Positions 54,792-56,018 of a stretch of 56,018 nt of DNA are shown in pieces. Every line of letters begins with the position of its first letter. Position 1 is the first letter of the stretch. Origin of the DNA: a virus. Its lineage: Duplodnaviria; Caudoviricetes. The notes beneath the pieces were generated by a model. That model was given only the letters and a program-made list of their open reading frames with translations. It made no database searches and had not been told where the DNA came from. The position numbers were made by a program, and so were the translations under genes. The stretch lies in the IMG/VR virus record IMGVR_UViG_3300043409_000151, positions 1 through 56,018 of that record; one strand, written 5' to 3'.

Positions 54792-55112
54792 CTTTCCCAC
54801 TAACTTGACACTTAAAGTATGTAAAGTTTCTTGATGTAAAGTACTGATTTCGTGCTGAGTTAAAAATAGATTGTTGGATGTACAGTTAGATTGTGTCAGG
54901 TTAACCCCTTACTTGACACTTTACACGTAGTGTTACAGCGCAATGTAAACTAGCCTAGTCCCCCCGCTGTAAAAGTCGTTCAGTACCGCAGCGTTGGTGC
55001 TATAAACCCCCGACGTATGGTGTGTAACACACAAAAGAAAAGCGAGTTTCCCCGCAGTTCGTCAGCCTGTAAACCTGTGGCGGTCGCGTGCGCGATGCGC
55101 TGTGCGTAGGCC

Positions 55113-55137
55113 AAAGAAAAGCCCGCCGAAGCGGGCT
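55113..55137 (-). terminator. Rho-independent terminator
   Basis: AGCCCGC-TTCG-GCGGGCT then TTTCTTT on the minus strand. Confidence 0.85.
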
Positions 55138-55141
55138 GTGG

Positions 55142-55294
55142 TTAGAAGGACATCACTACAACCAGTAGGAAGTAGAAGATGGGTGCGAAGATGATCGCGC
55201 CAAGGATTGCTTTTGTGTCGTCGCTCATGTGGTTCTCTTTGTAGTGGTGTTCTGCGTGCTCACGTTGTGCGCGGCTTGCATAATCGTCGCTCAT
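55142..55294 (-). CDS. Small membrane peptide with two in-frame starts (55294, 55228)
   Basis: Duplicated GAGAACCAC-ATG-AGC-GAC-GA; C-terminal TM. Confidence 0.55.
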   Translation of the reverse strand: MSDDYASRAQREHAEHHYKENHMSDDTKAILGAIIFAPIFYFLLVVVMSF

Positions 55295-55310
55295 GTGGTT
55301 CTCCAATTTG

Positions 55311-55342
55311 AAAAAAGACCCGGAGCCTGTCACGCTCCGGGT
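55311..55342 (-). terminator. Rho-independent terminator
   Basis: ACCCGGAGC-loop-GCTCCGGGT then CTTTTTT on the minus strand. Confidence 0.8.
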
Positions 55343-55348
55343 TACTAC

Positions 55349-55648
55349 TTACGCCAGCTTGGTTACTGCGTTGCGCTTCACAGCGCCGTCACCACGCTTG
55401 GGGAGCAGTGCGATGTAGGGGTTGCCGAACCGGTTTGCCAACATCACTGCTTCGGTGCCACCGTCAGCGATAAACAAGGAATACTTGTTGATCGGAGCCT
55501 TGAGCTTCTTGGAAAGCTCGGTCATCTTTGCGTGGCATTCGCCAGCATTCTCAACCGTAAACTTACCGTCAGCGTCTTTCTTCAGAGCGATTTCGCCCTT
55601 GGTGTTCTTGACGATGGACACCGAACCCTCAAAAGTCTTTGCAGACAT
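55349..55648 (-). CDS. First early protein, paralog A
   Basis: AGGAGA SD; GKF..EN, MLANRFGNPYIALLP, KLA end shared with 54050-54346. Confidence 0.8.
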   Translation of the reverse strand: MSAKTFEGSVSIVKNTKGEIALKKDADGKFTVENAGECHAKMTELSKKLKAPINKYSLFIADGGTEAVMLANRFGNPYIALLPKRGDGAVKRNAVTKLA

Positions 55649-55731
55649 AGCTATCTCCTAAGTGATGACCCTCATCCGGTGGCGGAATGCAACCTTCTAA
55701 CGAAGGTCATCACGCAAGGAGACTGCTATGT
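55645..55731 (-). promoter_or_regulatory. Long structured 5' leader occluding SD and AUG
   Basis: Nested pairings ACATAGC/GCTATGT, TCTCCT/AGGAGA, GTGATGACC/GGTCATCAC. Confidence 0.65.
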
Positions 55732-55732
55732 G

Positions 55733-55744
55733 TTGTTAAAGAGC
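55733..55744 (-). promoter_or_regulatory. boxA antitermination element
   Basis: Minus-strand GCTCTTTAACAA matches the rrn/nut boxA consensus, ~40 nt downstream of promoter 1. Confidence 0.65.
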
Positions 55745-55783
55745 TTTGAATCTTTGCAGCGAGATCACTGCATCGACAAATTC

Positions 55784-55812
55784 AGACTCGCCGATCTTGC
55801 CAAAAGTGTCAA
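55784..55812 (-). promoter_or_regulatory. Early promoter 1
   Basis: TTGACA-N17-GAGTCT. Confidence 0.65.
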
Positions 55813-55819
55813 GTTGCCT

Positions 55820-55904
55820 CGCGCATAATGCGCGCATATGCGCATGATGCGCATGATGCGTGCGCGTGTGCATGATGCGCGTGCGCGTGCATGGGGGGGG
55901 GGGG
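55820..55904. repeat. Alternating purine-pyrimidine GCGCAT/ATGCGC repeats plus a G12 run
   Basis: Seen directly, between the divergent early and late promoters. Confidence 0.8.
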
Positions 55905-55905
55905 T

Positions 55906-56018
55906 ACATGGACTGGCGGAATCCGACCCCCCGCCATTTGTACCCAACCTCTTAAAGCAAGACCCAAAAAATAGAACGTGTAAAGTTACACCACCCCTTG
56001 ACATCCCCGTCACCTCCC
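55906..56018. repeat. Terminal direct repeat, right copy (113 bp)
   Basis: Identical to 23-135. Confidence 0.95.

Larger units (their letters stand above)
54497..54927. other. Putative replication origin (iterons, IHF sites, AT-rich core)
   Basis: AACAATCTAC x3 plus inverted partial copies; inverted 14-bp and 21-bp repeats; inside the largest non-coding AT-rich block. Confidence 0.6.

Noticed and set aside
55662-55713. Hammerhead ribozyme (CGGATGAG resembles CUGAUGA)
   Set aside because: Core mismatch and no correctly placed GAAA/cleavage triplet
55765-56013. 82-aa minus-strand ORF
   Set aside because: Reads through low-complexity repeats and promoter DNA; implausible composition
1-56018. 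tRNA, integrase, DNA-modification or alternative-genetic-code signals
   Set aside because: No cloverleaf, recombinase or modification-enzyme motifs seen; genes tile densely under the standard code

Overview
The window looks like an essentially complete ~55.9-kb dsDNA tailed-phage genome with podovirus-type organisation; 23-135 is repeated exactly at 55906-56018. The + strand (152-35985) is the late/virion arm: terminase, portal, scaffold, major capsid, head-tail adaptors, a branched tailspike/fibre set on an AT-richer island, a lysis cassette, the tail nozzle and ejection proteins, ending in a 2774-aa polyvalent protein. The - strand (55648 to 35975) is the early/replication arm: duplicated first genes, a MoxR-type ATPase plus vWA/peptidase, family A DNA polymerase, nucleases, SNF2 helicase, an SSB-like protein and a primase-helicase. 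I found no integrase, tRNA, CRISPR array or reverse transcriptase. The best candidate for an undescribed system is a short peptide tag, S-Y-x-x-G-G-M-V, shared by four otherwise unrelated late proteins, one of them a beta-barrel-like protein without a signal peptide; it may be a virion cargo-loading or processing signal. Other notable items are a mirror-arranged iteron/IHF origin-like locus, a structured leader hiding the SD and AUG of the first early gene behind a boxA, a candidate anti-Shine-Dalgarno sRNA and a naturally split DUF5872-like gene. All product calls come from recognised motifs and synteny; no database searches were run.
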